Source of the DNA: Candidatus Omnitrophota bacterium
GTDB taxonomy: Bacteria > Omnitrophota > Gorgyraeia > Duberdicusellales > 4484-171
Assembly: GCA_021735045.1 (NCBI GenBank)
Contig: JAIPHU010000001.1
Span: 4,529-68,528, forward strand
DNA length: 64,000 nt
Direction: 5' to 3'
How positions within the stretch are numbered: position 1 is the first letter of the stretch; each line of letters begins with the position of its first letter. The position numbers and the translations under genes were made by a program. Shown here piece by piece: positions 9,971-19,389 of this stretch. The notes under the pieces were generated by a model. That model was not told the DNA's origin. It did not search any database and worked only from the letters and a program-made list of their open reading frames with translations.

Positions 9971-12262
9971 ATGAAAAAAATAGTTTTTACTTTTATTTTT
10001 TTAGGGTTATTGGTTATTTCTTTATCCGGCTATACTCAAGATGCAATTTCTCAGATTCAAATAGAGGGAAATGATCTAGTCAGTGACGCAAAGATAGTTT
10101 CGGAAATTAAAGTTAAAGCCGGCCAGCCTTTTAACGAAAATATAGTTAATGAAGATATCAAAAATCTTTATCAGACCGGATTTTTCCAAGAAGTATCTAC
10201 AGAAACTAAAAAAGGTGATCAGGGCTTGGTATTGATATTTAAAGTAAAAGAAAAACCAGTAGTAAATAAAATAACTATTGAAGGCCAAAGGTATATTCGA
10301 AAAAAACATATTCTTGATGAAATTAGCTTAAATGAAGGTAGCTTTGTTGATGATTATCGGATGAATCAGGCAGTTAAAAAAATTGAAGACCTTTATACTA
10401 AAAAAGGTTTTTCTCAGGCAGTAATAGACTATCAATTAATACCAACTCAAGACCAAAAAGTAGATGTTAAATTTAGTATAACTGAAAAAGGTGTAGTTAA
10501 GGTAAGATCAGTTAAGATTAAGGGAAATAAAAGTTTTTCTGATGATCGAATTAAGAAATTAATGAAAACTCGCAGGGCTTGGTTATTTAACAAAGGTATA
10601 TTTAAAGAAGAAGTGTTTGAAGATGACTTAAAAAGAATAAAAGGTTTTTATCAACATAATGGTTTTACCGATGTTTCTGTTGATTCAGAGGTTGATTTTA
10701 GAAAAAAAGGTGTTTATATAAATTTAACTATTAATCAAGGTAAAAAGTATTATATAGGAAAAATTGAGATTACTGGTAATAAAGAGATTGATACTGCAAA
10801 AATTCGTAAAAAATTAACAATTGCAAAGGGCGATGTTTTTAGTAAAGAAGCGGTTTATCAAGGCTCGTCTCAGATTAGGCAGCTGTATGTAGATAAGGGG
10901 TATATTTTTGCTCAAGCTGAACCGGTTAGTGTTTTGAATCCAGAGACAAAAAAGATTGATATAACTTATGATATTACTGAAAGCCATATTGCTTATGTTG
11001 AAGATATTCAAATAAAAGGAAACGAAAAAACAAAAGGTGAGGTTATAAGAAGAGAGTTAAAAGTTTATCCCGGCGAAAAGTTTGATGGTGAAAAAATGCG
11101 GGAAAGCAAGCAAGATTTAGAGAACTTGGGGTTTTTTGAAGATATAAGATTTCGAACTGAGCCTGGCTCAGAAAAAGATAAGGTGGACTTAGTTGTAGAC
11201 GTAACTGAAGCAAAAACTGGTTATTTTAGCTTTGGCGGCGGTTATAGTTCTATTGAAGAGTTTATTGGGTTTGTTGAGCTGCGTCAAAGAAATTTTGATT
11301 ATCAAAACTGGCAAACATTTACCGGTGCTGGGCAAGATTTGACTCTAAAAGCCAGCCTGGGAACGCTTACCAGCCGTTACCAGTTAAGTTTTACTAATCC
11401 TTGGATCTTTGATCAGCCGATATCTTTTGGTTTTGATGCTTACAAAAAAGGCCATGACCAGGATGATGATGTTGGTTATGCTTATTCAGAAGATATAACC
11501 GGCGGAGCTTTGCGTTTAGGCAAAGAATTTACCGATAAACTTAGCGGAAGAGTCCTCTATAGGTTTGAAAATGTAGATATCAGTGATGTAGTAAGTGATG
11601 CAAGTCAAGATTTAAAAGATGAAGCCGGCAGTAATAATTTAAGCAGCACTGAACTGTCGATAGCTTATGATACCAGAGATAACATTTTTTCACCGAGCAA
11701 AGGGGTTTATTTTTCTAATTCGCTGCAGTTAACAGGAAGTTTTTTAGGCGGAGACAAGAATTTTACAAAATTCTTTAGCAGATTAAGCCTTTATTTTCCT
11801 ATGGTCAATGATTCTGTGGTTGAGACCCGGTTTAAGGTAGGTTTTGCAGATCCATTTTCAGATACAGACAAGGTTCCTATTTATGAGCGGTTTTTTGCTG
11901 GAGGTGCCTCAACCATTCGAGGTTATCGGGAGAGAAAAGTAGGACCGATTGATAAGGGTAATAGTGACGATCCTCTTGGTGGTGAAGCTTTATTTGTAGC
12001 TAACTTCGAATACACTTATCCCTTAGCTGATTTTTTAAAGGTGGCAACCTTTTATGATATCGGTAATGTTTGGTCTAAAAACGATGATTTTTTTAAGGAT
12101 GAAGGAGGGCGTGAAGCTTTATATTCTAGTATAGGTATAGGCTTAAGAGTTAAGACTCCAATTGGGCCGGTAAGCGTAGACTATGGCTGGCCGTTAGATA
12201 AAGAACCGGGTGAAGATGGAAAAGAAGGTAGATTTCATTTTAGCGTAAGCAGAGGCTTTTAA
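9971..12262 (+). CDS. bamA: Outer membrane protein assembly factor BamA (POTRA domains plus 16-strand beta-barrel)
   Basis: Signal peptide MKKIVFTFIFLGLLVISLSGYTQ, repeated POTRA units, C-terminal barrel ending in F. Alternative upstream TTG starts at 9935/9941 are possible. Confidence 0.85.
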   Translation: MKKIVFTFIFLGLLVISLSGYTQDAISQIQIEGNDLVSDAKIVSEIKVKAGQPFNENIVNEDIKNLYQTGFFQEVSTETKKGDQGLVLIFKVKEKPVVNKITIEGQRYIRKKHILDEISLNEGSFVDDYRMNQAVKKIEDLYTKKGFSQAVIDYQLIPTQDQKVDVKFSITEKGVVKVRSVKIKGNKSFSDDRIKKLMKTRRAWLFNKGIFKEEVFEDDLKRIKGFYQHNGFTDVSVDSEVDFRKKGVYINLTINQGKKYYIGKIEITGNKEIDTAKIRKKLTIAKGDVFSKEAVYQGSSQIRQLYVDKGYIFAQAEPVSVLNPETKKIDITYDITESHIAYVEDIQIKGNEKTKGEVIRRELKVYPGEKFDGEKMRESKQDLENLGFFEDIRFRTEPGSEKDKVDLVVDVTEAKTGYFSFGGGYSSIEEFIGFVELRQRNFDYQNWQTFTGAGQDLTLKASLGTLTSRYQLSFTNPWIFDQPISFGFDAYKKGHDQDDDVGYAYSEDITGGALRLGKEFTDKLSGRVLYRFENVDISDVVSDASQDLKDEAGSNNLSSTELSIAYDTRDNIFSPSKGVYFSNSLQLTGSFLGGDKNFTKFFSRLSLYFPMVNDSVVETRFKVGFADPFSDTDKVPIYERFFAGGASTIRGYRERKVGPIDKGNSDDPLGGEALFVANFEYTYPLADFLKVATFYDIGNVWSKNDDFFKDEGGREALYSSIGIGLRVKTPIGPVSVDYGWPLDKEPGEDGKEGRFHFSVSRGF

Positions 12263-12323
12263 AGGATAAAGGTTAAAGGTAATTGAGGTATTCGCTAAAT
12301 AATAACATTTTTAATGGAGGTTT

Positions 12324-12830
12324 GTGATGAGAAAGTTTTTGGGGATTATTTTAGCAGCAGTAGTTGTTCTCAGTTTTAGTGTGTGTGGTTTTGCTGCAGA
12401 TTTAAAAATTGGTTATGTTGATACAATTGAAGTTTTTAATGAGTATCAAAGGACAAAAGAACAAGATAAACAGCTAGAAGCAAAAAAAGAAAAAGCTCAG
12501 GAAAGTTTAAAAACAAAAGAAAAAGAGATACAAAAGATACAAAGTAAATTAGAAGTATTAAAGGAAGACCAAAAAGAAGCAGAAAGAGCTAAGCTGCAAG
12601 AAAAGATGCAAGAATATAGAGATATACGCCAAAAAGAGTTTACCGACATAAAAAAAGAAAGAGATGAGATGATGAAAGAGATTATAGATGATATCGATCA
12701 AACAGTTAAGAATTATGCCAAGAAAAATAATTATGATTTAGTGGTTAATGGCAATAGTGTTTTATACGGCATAGAAAGTAAAGATTTGACCGACAAAATT
12801 CTTAAAATCATCAATAATAAATATAAATAA
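12324..12830 (+). CDS. skp: Periplasmic chaperone Skp/OmpH
   Basis: 168 aa with a signal peptide and K/E-rich coiled-coil. Conserved bamA-skp-lpxD position. Confidence 0.75.
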   Translation: MMRKFLGIILAAVVVLSFSVCGFAADLKIGYVDTIEVFNEYQRTKEQDKQLEAKKEKAQESLKTKEKEIQKIQSKLEVLKEDQKEAERAKLQEKMQEYRDIRQKEFTDIKKERDEMMKEIIDDIDQTVKNYAKKNNYDLVVNGNSVLYGIESKDLTDKILKIINNKYK

Positions 12831-12875
12831 AAAGACTAATTTTTACAGATTAAGCTAATAAAACTATTAAGATAG

Positions 12876-13907
12876 ATGAACTATAAGCTTTCGCAAATAA
12901 GTGAAATAGTAGGGGGAGAACTTTCGGGTAATCCAGATATTATTATTACCGGAATATCAGGGATCAAACAAGCCAAAGAAGGTGATATAACTTTTTTAGC
13001 TAACCCTAAATATTCTTCTTTACTAAATTCTACGGGAGCTTCTGCAGTTATTACTTCACGAGATATTTCTTCATCTCGGCCGGTAATTAAAACCGACAAT
13101 CCATCTGTTGCTTTTGCTAAAGTGGTTGATTTAGTTGTGGGCCAAAGCTGTAGCCACCCTCAAGGAATAAGTGCAAAGTCAATTGTAGATAAAGGGGCAA
13201 AAATAGCAGATTCTGTTTCTATAGGGCCTTTTACTTTTATTGCAGAAGGAGCAGAAGTAGGAGAAGGTTCGATTATCTATGGCGGCTGTTTTATCGGCCA
13301 TAAGGTAAAGGTTGGTAAAAATTGCTTGGTCTATCCAAATACTACTATTCGGGAGAAAACAGAGATTGGCAATAAGGTTATAATTCATTCAGGAACAGTT
13401 ATTGGCAGTGATGGTTTTGGTTTTGAGCTTAGCGATGGTTCCAGAAAAAAAATACCTCAGATTGGGATAGTTAAGATTGAGGATAATGTAGAAATCGGAG
13501 CTAATGTTACAATTGATCGAGCTCGTTTTGATAAAACAACTATTGGTAAGGGTACAAAGATTGATAATTTAGTTCAAATCGCCCATAATGTTACAATTGG
13601 AAAAAATTGTATCATTATTGCTCAAGTAGGGATATCAGGCAGTACGGTTGTAGAAGAGGGTGCTATTTTAGCGGGTCAAGCTGGTATTGTTGGCCATATT
13701 AAAATTGGCCGGCAAGCTGTTGTTGGAGCCCAAGCTGGAGTAACTAAGTCTGTTCCTGCTGAAACTAAAGTTTCTGGATATCCGGCAAAGCCTCATAGAC
13801 AGGCTGCTAAAATTAATGCTTGTATCCAAAAATTACCGGAACTTAATAAGAAGGTTAAACAATTAGAAGATAAGATAAAATCGCTAGAAGAGAGCCAAAA
13901 AAAATGA
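12876..13907 (+). CDS. lpxD: UDP-3-O-(3-hydroxyacyl)glucosamine N-acyltransferase
   Basis: 343 aa, LpxD N-terminal domain followed by hexapeptide repeats. Overlaps the next gene by 4 nt. Confidence 0.85.
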   Translation: MNYKLSQISEIVGGELSGNPDIIITGISGIKQAKEGDITFLANPKYSSLLNSTGASAVITSRDISSSRPVIKTDNPSVAFAKVVDLVVGQSCSHPQGISAKSIVDKGAKIADSVSIGPFTFIAEGAEVGEGSIIYGGCFIGHKVKVGKNCLVYPNTTIREKTEIGNKVIIHSGTVIGSDGFGFELSDGSRKKIPQIGIVKIEDNVEIGANVTIDRARFDKTTIGKGTKIDNLVQIAHNVTIGKNCIIIAQVGISGSTVVEEGAILAGQAGIVGHIKIGRQAVVGAQAGVTKSVPAETKVSGYPAKPHRQAAKINACIQKLPELNKKVKQLEDKIKSLEESQKK

Positions 13908-15211
13908 ATAAACAAAAAACAATTAAAAGTAAATTTTTTCTAGAAGGCAAAGGGCTTCATACTGGAGAAAACGCAAAACTTGAATTTTTACCTGCACCGG
14001 TGGGGACAGGAGTTGTGTTTATAAAACAAGACGTTAATCCGCCTATTTTGATTAAAGGGGATTTTAATTCAATTGATGATTTTGATAACTATCCCCGCAG
14101 AAGTTCGATTGGATTAGGAGATAATCATATTCAAACCATCGAACATCTTATGGCATCTTTATCTCTTTTAAGTATTGATAATATCCAAATTAATATATGG
14201 GGTAATGAGATTCCCGGGTTGGATGGAAGTGCCAAAGATTTTGTTGAAAAGATAAAAGAAATAGGAGTAGCTGCCCAAGAAGCTAGCCGAGAAGTTTTAG
14301 TAGTTAAAGAACCGATATGGTTGGAAGAAGGCGATAGTTCAATTGTACTTTTGCCTTCTGATGAGTTCCGTATTTCTTATGGCTTAGATTACGAAAATTT
14401 AAAAATTGGTTCTGGTTTTGCTGATATAGTTTTAGATGATAAACATTTAGATAATTTTTATCAAGCTAGAACTTTTTGTCTTAAAAAAGAAGTAGATAAT
14501 TTGCTTAAGATGGGTTTGGGTAAAGGAGCAAACTATAAAAACACTTTGGTTGTTTCAGACCAAGGGGTTGTCGATAACAAATTAAGATTCCACGATGAGT
14601 TTATAAAACATAAAATATTAGATTTAGTAGGTGATCTTTATCTAGCCGGCCCAATTAAAGCTCATATTATTGCAGTAAGAAGCGGCCATTCTTTGAATAT
14701 GAAGTTACTGCAAAAATTACGGAGATATAAACAAAAAACAAGTAGCGCTGGAGTTCCGTCTAGAGCTGGGTATATTCCAGAAAATACTGAGCTTGATATC
14801 GAAGAGATAATGAAAATACTTCCGCATCGCTATCCTTTTCTTTTGGTAGACAGGATTGTTGAGTTAGACCGGGGCAAAAGAGCTGTAGGGATTAAAAGTG
14901 TTACTATCAATGAGTATTTTTTTCAAGGACATTTTCCTGAAAAACCAGTCATGCCGGGAGTGCTTTTAGTTGAAGCTATGGCTCAAGTAGGGGGAGTGCT
15001 TATGTTGGCTTGTCCTGAGCATCGAGGCAAGTTAGCTTATTTTATGGCAGCTGATAAGGTAAAGTTTAGAAAAACAGTTTTGCCCGGAGATCAATTGGTT
15101 ATGGAAGTATGGACAAAAAAAATTAGAAGTAGAACTGGCAAAGTAGCAGCTAAGGCTAAAGTTGCCGGCAAAGTAGTAGCTGAAGCTGAACTTATGTTTT
15201 CGTTAGTTTGA
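13904..15211 (+). CDS. lpxC-fabZ: Bifunctional LpxC/FabZ fusion: UDP-3-O-acyl-GlcNAc deacetylase plus 3-hydroxyacyl-ACP dehydratase
   Basis: N-terminal about 290 aa are LpxC-like. The C-terminal about 145 aa are a FabZ hot-dog ([28 protein letters not shown]). Confidence 0.8.
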   Translation: MNKQKTIKSKFFLEGKGLHTGENAKLEFLPAPVGTGVVFIKQDVNPPILIKGDFNSIDDFDNYPRRSSIGLGDNHIQTIEHLMASLSLLSIDNIQINIWGNEIPGLDGSAKDFVEKIKEIGVAAQEASREVLVVKEPIWLEEGDSSIVLLPSDEFRISYGLDYENLKIGSGFADIVLDDKHLDNFYQARTFCLKKEVDNLLKMGLGKGANYKNTLVVSDQGVVDNKLRFHDEFIKHKILDLVGDLYLAGPIKAHIIAVRSGHSLNMKLLQKLRRYKQKTSSAGVPSRAGYIPENTELDIEEIMKILPHRYPFLLVDRIVELDRGKRAVGIKSVTINEYFFQGHFPEKPVMPGVLLVEAMAQVGGVLMLACPEHRGKLAYFMAADKVKFRKTVLPGDQLVMEVWTKKIRSRTGKVAAKAKVAGKVVAEAELMFSLV

Positions 15212-15215
15212 AATA

Positions 15216-15346
15216 CAGCCCCAAACCAGCCATTGAACCAGAGTTTGCCTTCAATCAAAGAAAGGATGCAAACACGGTTCAAGGCTGGGATAAACCGTAC
15301 TTGTTCTGGTTCTGGGCAGATAGATAACAGATTAACACAGATAAAG
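15216..15346 (+). ncRNA. Structured intergenic element, family 2, copy A (ACAGCCCCAAACCAG core) upstream of lpxA: candidate cis-regulatory RNA
   Basis: Shares ordered blocks with copy B at 39411: ACAGCCCCAAACCAG, GGCTG, AACCGTA, TTCTGGTT, GGCAGAT, ACACAGATAAA. The internal hairpin differs in sequence but keeps its structure (TTGAACC...GGTTCAA). Confidence 0.4.
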
Positions 15347-15365
15347 GAGATAGAGAGCAAGCGAG

Positions 15366-16154
15366 ATGGCAAAGAAAATTGATCCAAAAGCAATAGTAGG
15401 CTCTAAGGCGAAGATAGCAGATAATGTCGAGGTAGGGCCTTATGCTATAATTTCCGATGATGCCCAAATAGGGAGCGGTACAAAAATTGAGCCTTTTGCT
15501 CAAGTCCTCGGGCAGACTAAAGTAGGTTCTAACTGCCATATCTTTTCTCAAGCTGTAGTAGGAAGCATCCCCCAAGACCTAAAGTATAAGGGGGAAAGAA
15601 GTTATTTGGTTGTAGGAGATAACAACCGAATCAGGGAGTTTGTTACTATTAATCCTGGTACAGAAAAAGATGCAAAGACGATAATTGGTAATAATAACTT
15701 AATTATGGCTTATTCTCATATTGCTCATGATTGTGTTATTGGTGATGAAAATGTTTTAGCTAACGGAGCTACTTTAGCTGGCTATGTAGACGTTGGCAAT
15801 AATGTGGTAGTAGGTGGCCTTGTAGCTATTCATCAGTTTTGTCAATTAGGAGATCATTCCATAGTTGGAGGATGTTCTAAGGTTGTTCAAGACGTTCCTC
15901 CCTATTCGATGTGTGATGGCCATCCAGCAATTGTCAGAGCCTTAAATTCAATTGGCTTAAAAAGAAAAAATTTTTCTTCTTCGGCAATAAAAGATTTAAA
16001 AAAAGCATTTAAAATACTTTTTTTTAGCGATCACTCTTTTGATCAAGCAAAAAAAATTACTGGTGAAACGATTGGTTCAGTTGAACAGGTCAAGTTTCTT
16101 CTTGGTTTTATCTCAAACTCTAAACGAGGTATAGGTAGAAGACAAGATAAATGA
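15366..16154 (+). CDS. lpxA: Acyl-ACP--UDP-N-acetylglucosamine O-acyltransferase
   Basis: 262 aa, left-handed beta-helix hexapeptide repeats with the LpxA C-terminal helical domain. Confidence 0.85.
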   Translation: MAKKIDPKAIVGSKAKIADNVEVGPYAIISDDAQIGSGTKIEPFAQVLGQTKVGSNCHIFSQAVVGSIPQDLKYKGERSYLVVGDNNRIREFVTINPGTEKDAKTIIGNNNLIMAYSHIAHDCVIGDENVLANGATLAGYVDVGNNVVVGGLVAIHQFCQLGDHSIVGGCSKVVQDVPPYSMCDGHPAIVRALNSIGLKRKNFSSSAIKDLKKAFKILFFSDHSFDQAKKITGETIGSVEQVKFLLGFISNSKRGIGRRQDK

Positions 16155-16197
16155 TTTTAATTTATTTAGTAATTTTGCTTATCGATAAGGTATTTAT

Positions 16198-17010
16198 ATG
16201 CAAATAGGTATTATTGCCGGAAACAAGAACCTCCCTTTACTTTTAGCTAAAAGACTTTCCGAGAGTAAAAAATTTAGGAAAATAGTAGGAGTTTGTTTCA
16301 AGGGGGAAACTTCTTCTAAATTTTGTAAATACGTCGATCAATGTTTGTGGGTAGAAGTTGGTAAATTAAAAGATTTAAGCGAAGCTATTAAAACTCAAAA
16401 GGTAAAAGATTGGGTGATGGTAGGCCAAATTAATCCTTTAAATATATTTAAAGAAAAAAAATGGGATGATGAATTAAAAAAAATAGTTAACGAGCAAACA
16501 AATTTTTGCCCTCACACTATTTTTCAATTAATAATCAGTTATCTAGAAGCTGAAGGAATAAATTTTCTAGATTCTACTTTTTACCTAGAAAATGATTTAG
16601 CAAAAAATGGTTTGATGAATGGTTTTAGTTTATCTGATTCAACTAGAGAAAATATTGAGTTTGGTTTAGATAAAATATCTAAATTTGTTGAAATGGATAT
16701 AGGGCAAACTTTAGTTGTAAAAAATAATGCAGTAGTTGCTGTAGAATCTTTAGAAGGGACCGATAACACGATAAAAAGAGGAGCTAAAATAGCTGGATTA
16801 GGTATAACTGTATTGAAGTTTGCTAAAGAAGCTCAAGATTTGCGTTTTGATGTTCCGGTTGTTGGTATAGCAACTTTAAAGTTGCTTAAAAAAGTTCGGG
16901 CTGCTTGCTTGGCCTTAGAAAAAGATAAAACCATAATTCTAGATAAAGAAAAGTTCCTGGATTTAAGTAAAAAATGGAAAATTTCCGTAATTGGCCTAAC
17001 CCGAAGATAG
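16198..17010 (+). CDS. lpxI: UDP-2,3-diacylglucosamine pyrophosphatase LpxI (DUF1009)
   Basis: MQIGIIAGNKNLPLLLAK N-terminus; DIGQTLVV..AVE.LEGTD and VPVVGIATLKLL motifs resemble Caulobacter-type LpxI. Sits directly after lpxA. Confidence 0.6.
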   Translation: MQIGIIAGNKNLPLLLAKRLSESKKFRKIVGVCFKGETSSKFCKYVDQCLWVEVGKLKDLSEAIKTQKVKDWVMVGQINPLNIFKEKKWDDELKKIVNEQTNFCPHTIFQLIISYLEAEGINFLDSTFYLENDLAKNGLMNGFSLSDSTRENIEFGLDKISKFVEMDIGQTLVVKNNAVVAVESLEGTDNTIKRGAKIAGLGITVLKFAKEAQDLRFDVPVVGIATLKLLKKVRAACLALEKDKTIILDKEKFLDLSKKWKISVIGLTRR

Positions 17011-18902
17011 CCTTTGTTACAAAAGTTGCAGTTGTATTAATTTTTATTTTTGTCCTGCCAGCAGTTGTTTTAGCAAAAGATAAATCTAGCCAAATAAATA
17101 GTTATCTTAATACTGCCACAATTTTTGAAAAATCTTTTCAATACGAAAAAGCTATAGGGGTAATTAAGAGCTGTGAGTACCAAAATAATTCTAATATTTT
17201 AAAATATTTAGCGAAGCTTTTTTGTTTAACGGGAAAAAGTAAAGAAGCTTATCAAAAATTAAACAGTTTGACTAATAAAAGCTGGGTTGACTATCTGTAT
17301 TTAGGCTTAATAAATGAAAAATTAGGCCAAGTTAATCAAGCTATTGATGCTTATAAAAAATCTTTGAAATTAGAAAAGAATAGTATTGGCCTTTTTAGGT
17401 TAGCCAAAATATATCGGGCGAGAAAAAAATATAATAAGGCAGCTAATTTTTTTAAAAAGTTAATAGATTACGATTCAAGTATAAGGGTGGCTTATTATTA
17501 TCTTGGTCAATGCTTAAGAAAGGTTGATCAAAATAGAGAAGCTTACGAGAGCCTAGCTAAAGCATTTAGTTTTTTTCCTGGCCGGATTAAGGTAAAAGAA
17601 GAACTTAAAGAAGTAAAGCGAAAATTAGGTAAGGATTTTTTTGAAAAAAGAAAAAAATTAAAAGCTGAAAAAAGGCAAAAAGTTAAACTGGTTTCTTACC
17701 AAAAGCAAGAGAATGTTCCTTATGTCCGGATAGGAGTTGCTGTTGACTTAGGTAAATTTTCTTTACTTTCGCCTTCTGATTTTAAAATAAAAAGCAAAGA
17801 TTTAGTTTATGAAGGCAAACCAGACATTTTTTATCAGTTTCAGTTAAAAGAAAACAAGATTGTTTTATCAAACCATAAAACCGGCCAAGTTTATGAAACC
17901 TTTTTCTTACCGGTTGAAATCATTTCTAGGCCAATCAATAGGAAAAGTTATCCTTTCTATATATTAGATGTAGTGTATGGAAGCGGAAATTTTTGGCATA
18001 AAAAAATTGATAGGGCTTATCGGGGTAGCTTTGAGGTTATTTTAAAAAATAATAAAATTAACTTAGTAAATATTGTCAGCATCGAGGAGTATCTTTATGG
18101 AGTGTTAGCTGCCGAGATTCCGGCTGGAGCCAACAAAGAGGCTCTTAAAGCACAAGCTGTTTTAGCCAGAAGTTTGGCTATTAGGAATAAAGCAAGGCAT
18201 ATTGGCCAAGGTTTTGATTTTTGCGCCGATAGTCATTGTCAAGTTTATCATGGTTTATCGGCTGAGACCGAATCTACTAAAGAAGCAGTAGATGAAACCC
18301 GGGGTAGAATTATTTCTTATGAAGGTAAAGTCCCGGAAATTTTTTACCACTCTAACTGTGGAGGGTGTTTGTCCCCCGATATTTTTGGCCAAAAACAATA
18401 TTTAGCAAAAGGACGAGATTCAGAAAATAAAAATATGCCGCAATCAATATACAAAAAACAACAATGGTTTTTAGAATATCCAAAAACTTTTTGTTTTAGA
18501 AAAAGTTCTAAATTTCGTTGGCAACGAATCTATGATCAAGAAGATTTTAGTATTGCTTTTGGGGCTAGAATAAAAGATTTAACCAATATTATTCCTAGAG
18601 AGCAGAAAGATTGTTGTCGTTATGCTAAAATGGATGTTGTCATTGGAGATGAGTTAATAAGTTTAGAAAGTGGTTTAGAAATTAGAAACTTTTTTGACCA
18701 TCTTCGCAGCAGTGCTTTTTCTTTGGAGTTAAGAAAAAGTGCAGGAGCTGAAACTGAGATGCTTATTTTTTGGGGTTCGGGGTTCGGCCATGGAACAGGC
18801 CTTTGCCAGGAAGGAGCTATTGGCATGGCCAAGGAAGGTTATAATTATAAGCAGATATTAAACCATTATTATCCGGAAGGCAAAATAGAGAAATATTATT
18901 AA
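16974..18902 (+). CDS. TPR-repeat protein with a C-terminal SpoIID/LytB-like domain (signal-anchored)
   Basis: N-terminal hydrophobic anchor, TPR-like repeats (NQAIDAYKKSLKL, AYYYLGQC), a KR-rich linker, and a C-terminal SpoIID/LytB fold (VLAAEIP..AQAVLARSLAI...CADSHCQVY). Confidence 0.55.
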   Translation: MENFRNWPNPKIAFVTKVAVVLIFIFVLPAVVLAKDKSSQINSYLNTATIFEKSFQYEKAIGVIKSCEYQNNSNILKYLAKLFCLTGKSKEAYQKLNSLTNKSWVDYLYLGLINEKLGQVNQAIDAYKKSLKLEKNSIGLFRLAKIYRARKKYNKAANFFKKLIDYDSSIRVAYYYLGQCLRKVDQNREAYESLAKAFSFFPGRIKVKEELKEVKRKLGKDFFEKRKKLKAEKRQKVKLVSYQKQENVPYVRIGVAVDLGKFSLLSPSDFKIKSKDLVYEGKPDIFYQFQLKENKIVLSNHKTGQVYETFFLPVEIISRPINRKSYPFYILDVVYGSGNFWHKKIDRAYRGSFEVILKNNKINLVNIVSIEEYLYGVLAAEIPAGANKEALKAQAVLARSLAIRNKARHIGQGFDFCADSHCQVYHGLSAETESTKEAVDETRGRIISYEGKVPEIFYHSNCGGCLSPDIFGQKQYLAKGRDSENKNMPQSIYKKQQWFLEYPKTFCFRKSSKFRWQRIYDQEDFSIAFGARIKDLTNIIPREQKDCCRYAKMDVVIGDELISLESGLEIRNFFDHLRSSAFSLELRKSAGAETEMLIFWGSGFGHGTGLCQEGAIGMAKEGYNYKQILNHYYPEGKIEKYY

Positions 18903-18921
18903 GGCTGGCTAGATTTAAAAT

Positions 18922-19389
18922 ATGTATTTTTTAAAGAAAAGTGTAAATATAGTTATAGATTCAGTTATCCATATAGTTATTAGTTTAGAGATTTTTCTGA
19001 TTGCTTATTTTAAAACAGGAAAAGTTTTTTATCTCTTACCGGCTGTATTAGGTGGGGTATTAATAGATATTGATCATGTCATTGATTATTTAATTCAGTT
19101 TAGAAAAGTAGATTTTAAGGGGCTATTGTTTTTTCCTTACAGAAAAAGGAAAAATATATATTTATTTTTTCATTCTTGGGAATTGGTTATTATTTTTTTT
19201 CTTTTTTCGTTTTTTTATGATTCTTTGTTTTGGCAAATATTTAGTTATTCTTGGGCCCTACATTTGTTGGTTGATAATATTGATGGTGCAAAAGATAAAA
19301 GGTTTTTTCATTATTTTTTTATTTATCGGTTAGCTAAGAAGTTTAAAACAGAAAAGTTAAAAGGATTTATTTTTGACAAGCGGTTATAG
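18922..19389 (+). CDS. Small polytopic membrane protein, possibly a DUF457/YdjM-like metal-dependent hydrolase
   Basis: 155 aa with 4 predicted TM helices and conserved His/Asp in IDIDHVIDY and HSWE. Weak assignment. Confidence 0.3.
   Translation: MYFLKKSVNIVIDSVIHIVISLEIFLIAYFKTGKVFYLLPAVLGGVLIDIDHVIDYLIQFRKVDFKGLLFFPYRKRKNIYLFFHSWELVIIFFLFSFFYDSLFWQIFSYSWALHLLVDNIDGAKDKRFFHYFFIYRLAKKFKTEKLKGFIFDKRL

Noticed and set aside
16974-18902. Calling the 642-aa ORF after lpxI as LpxB
   Set aside because: By position one might expect lpxB. The sequence instead shows TPR repeats and a SpoIID/LytB-type domain, with no glycosyltransferase family 19 features.
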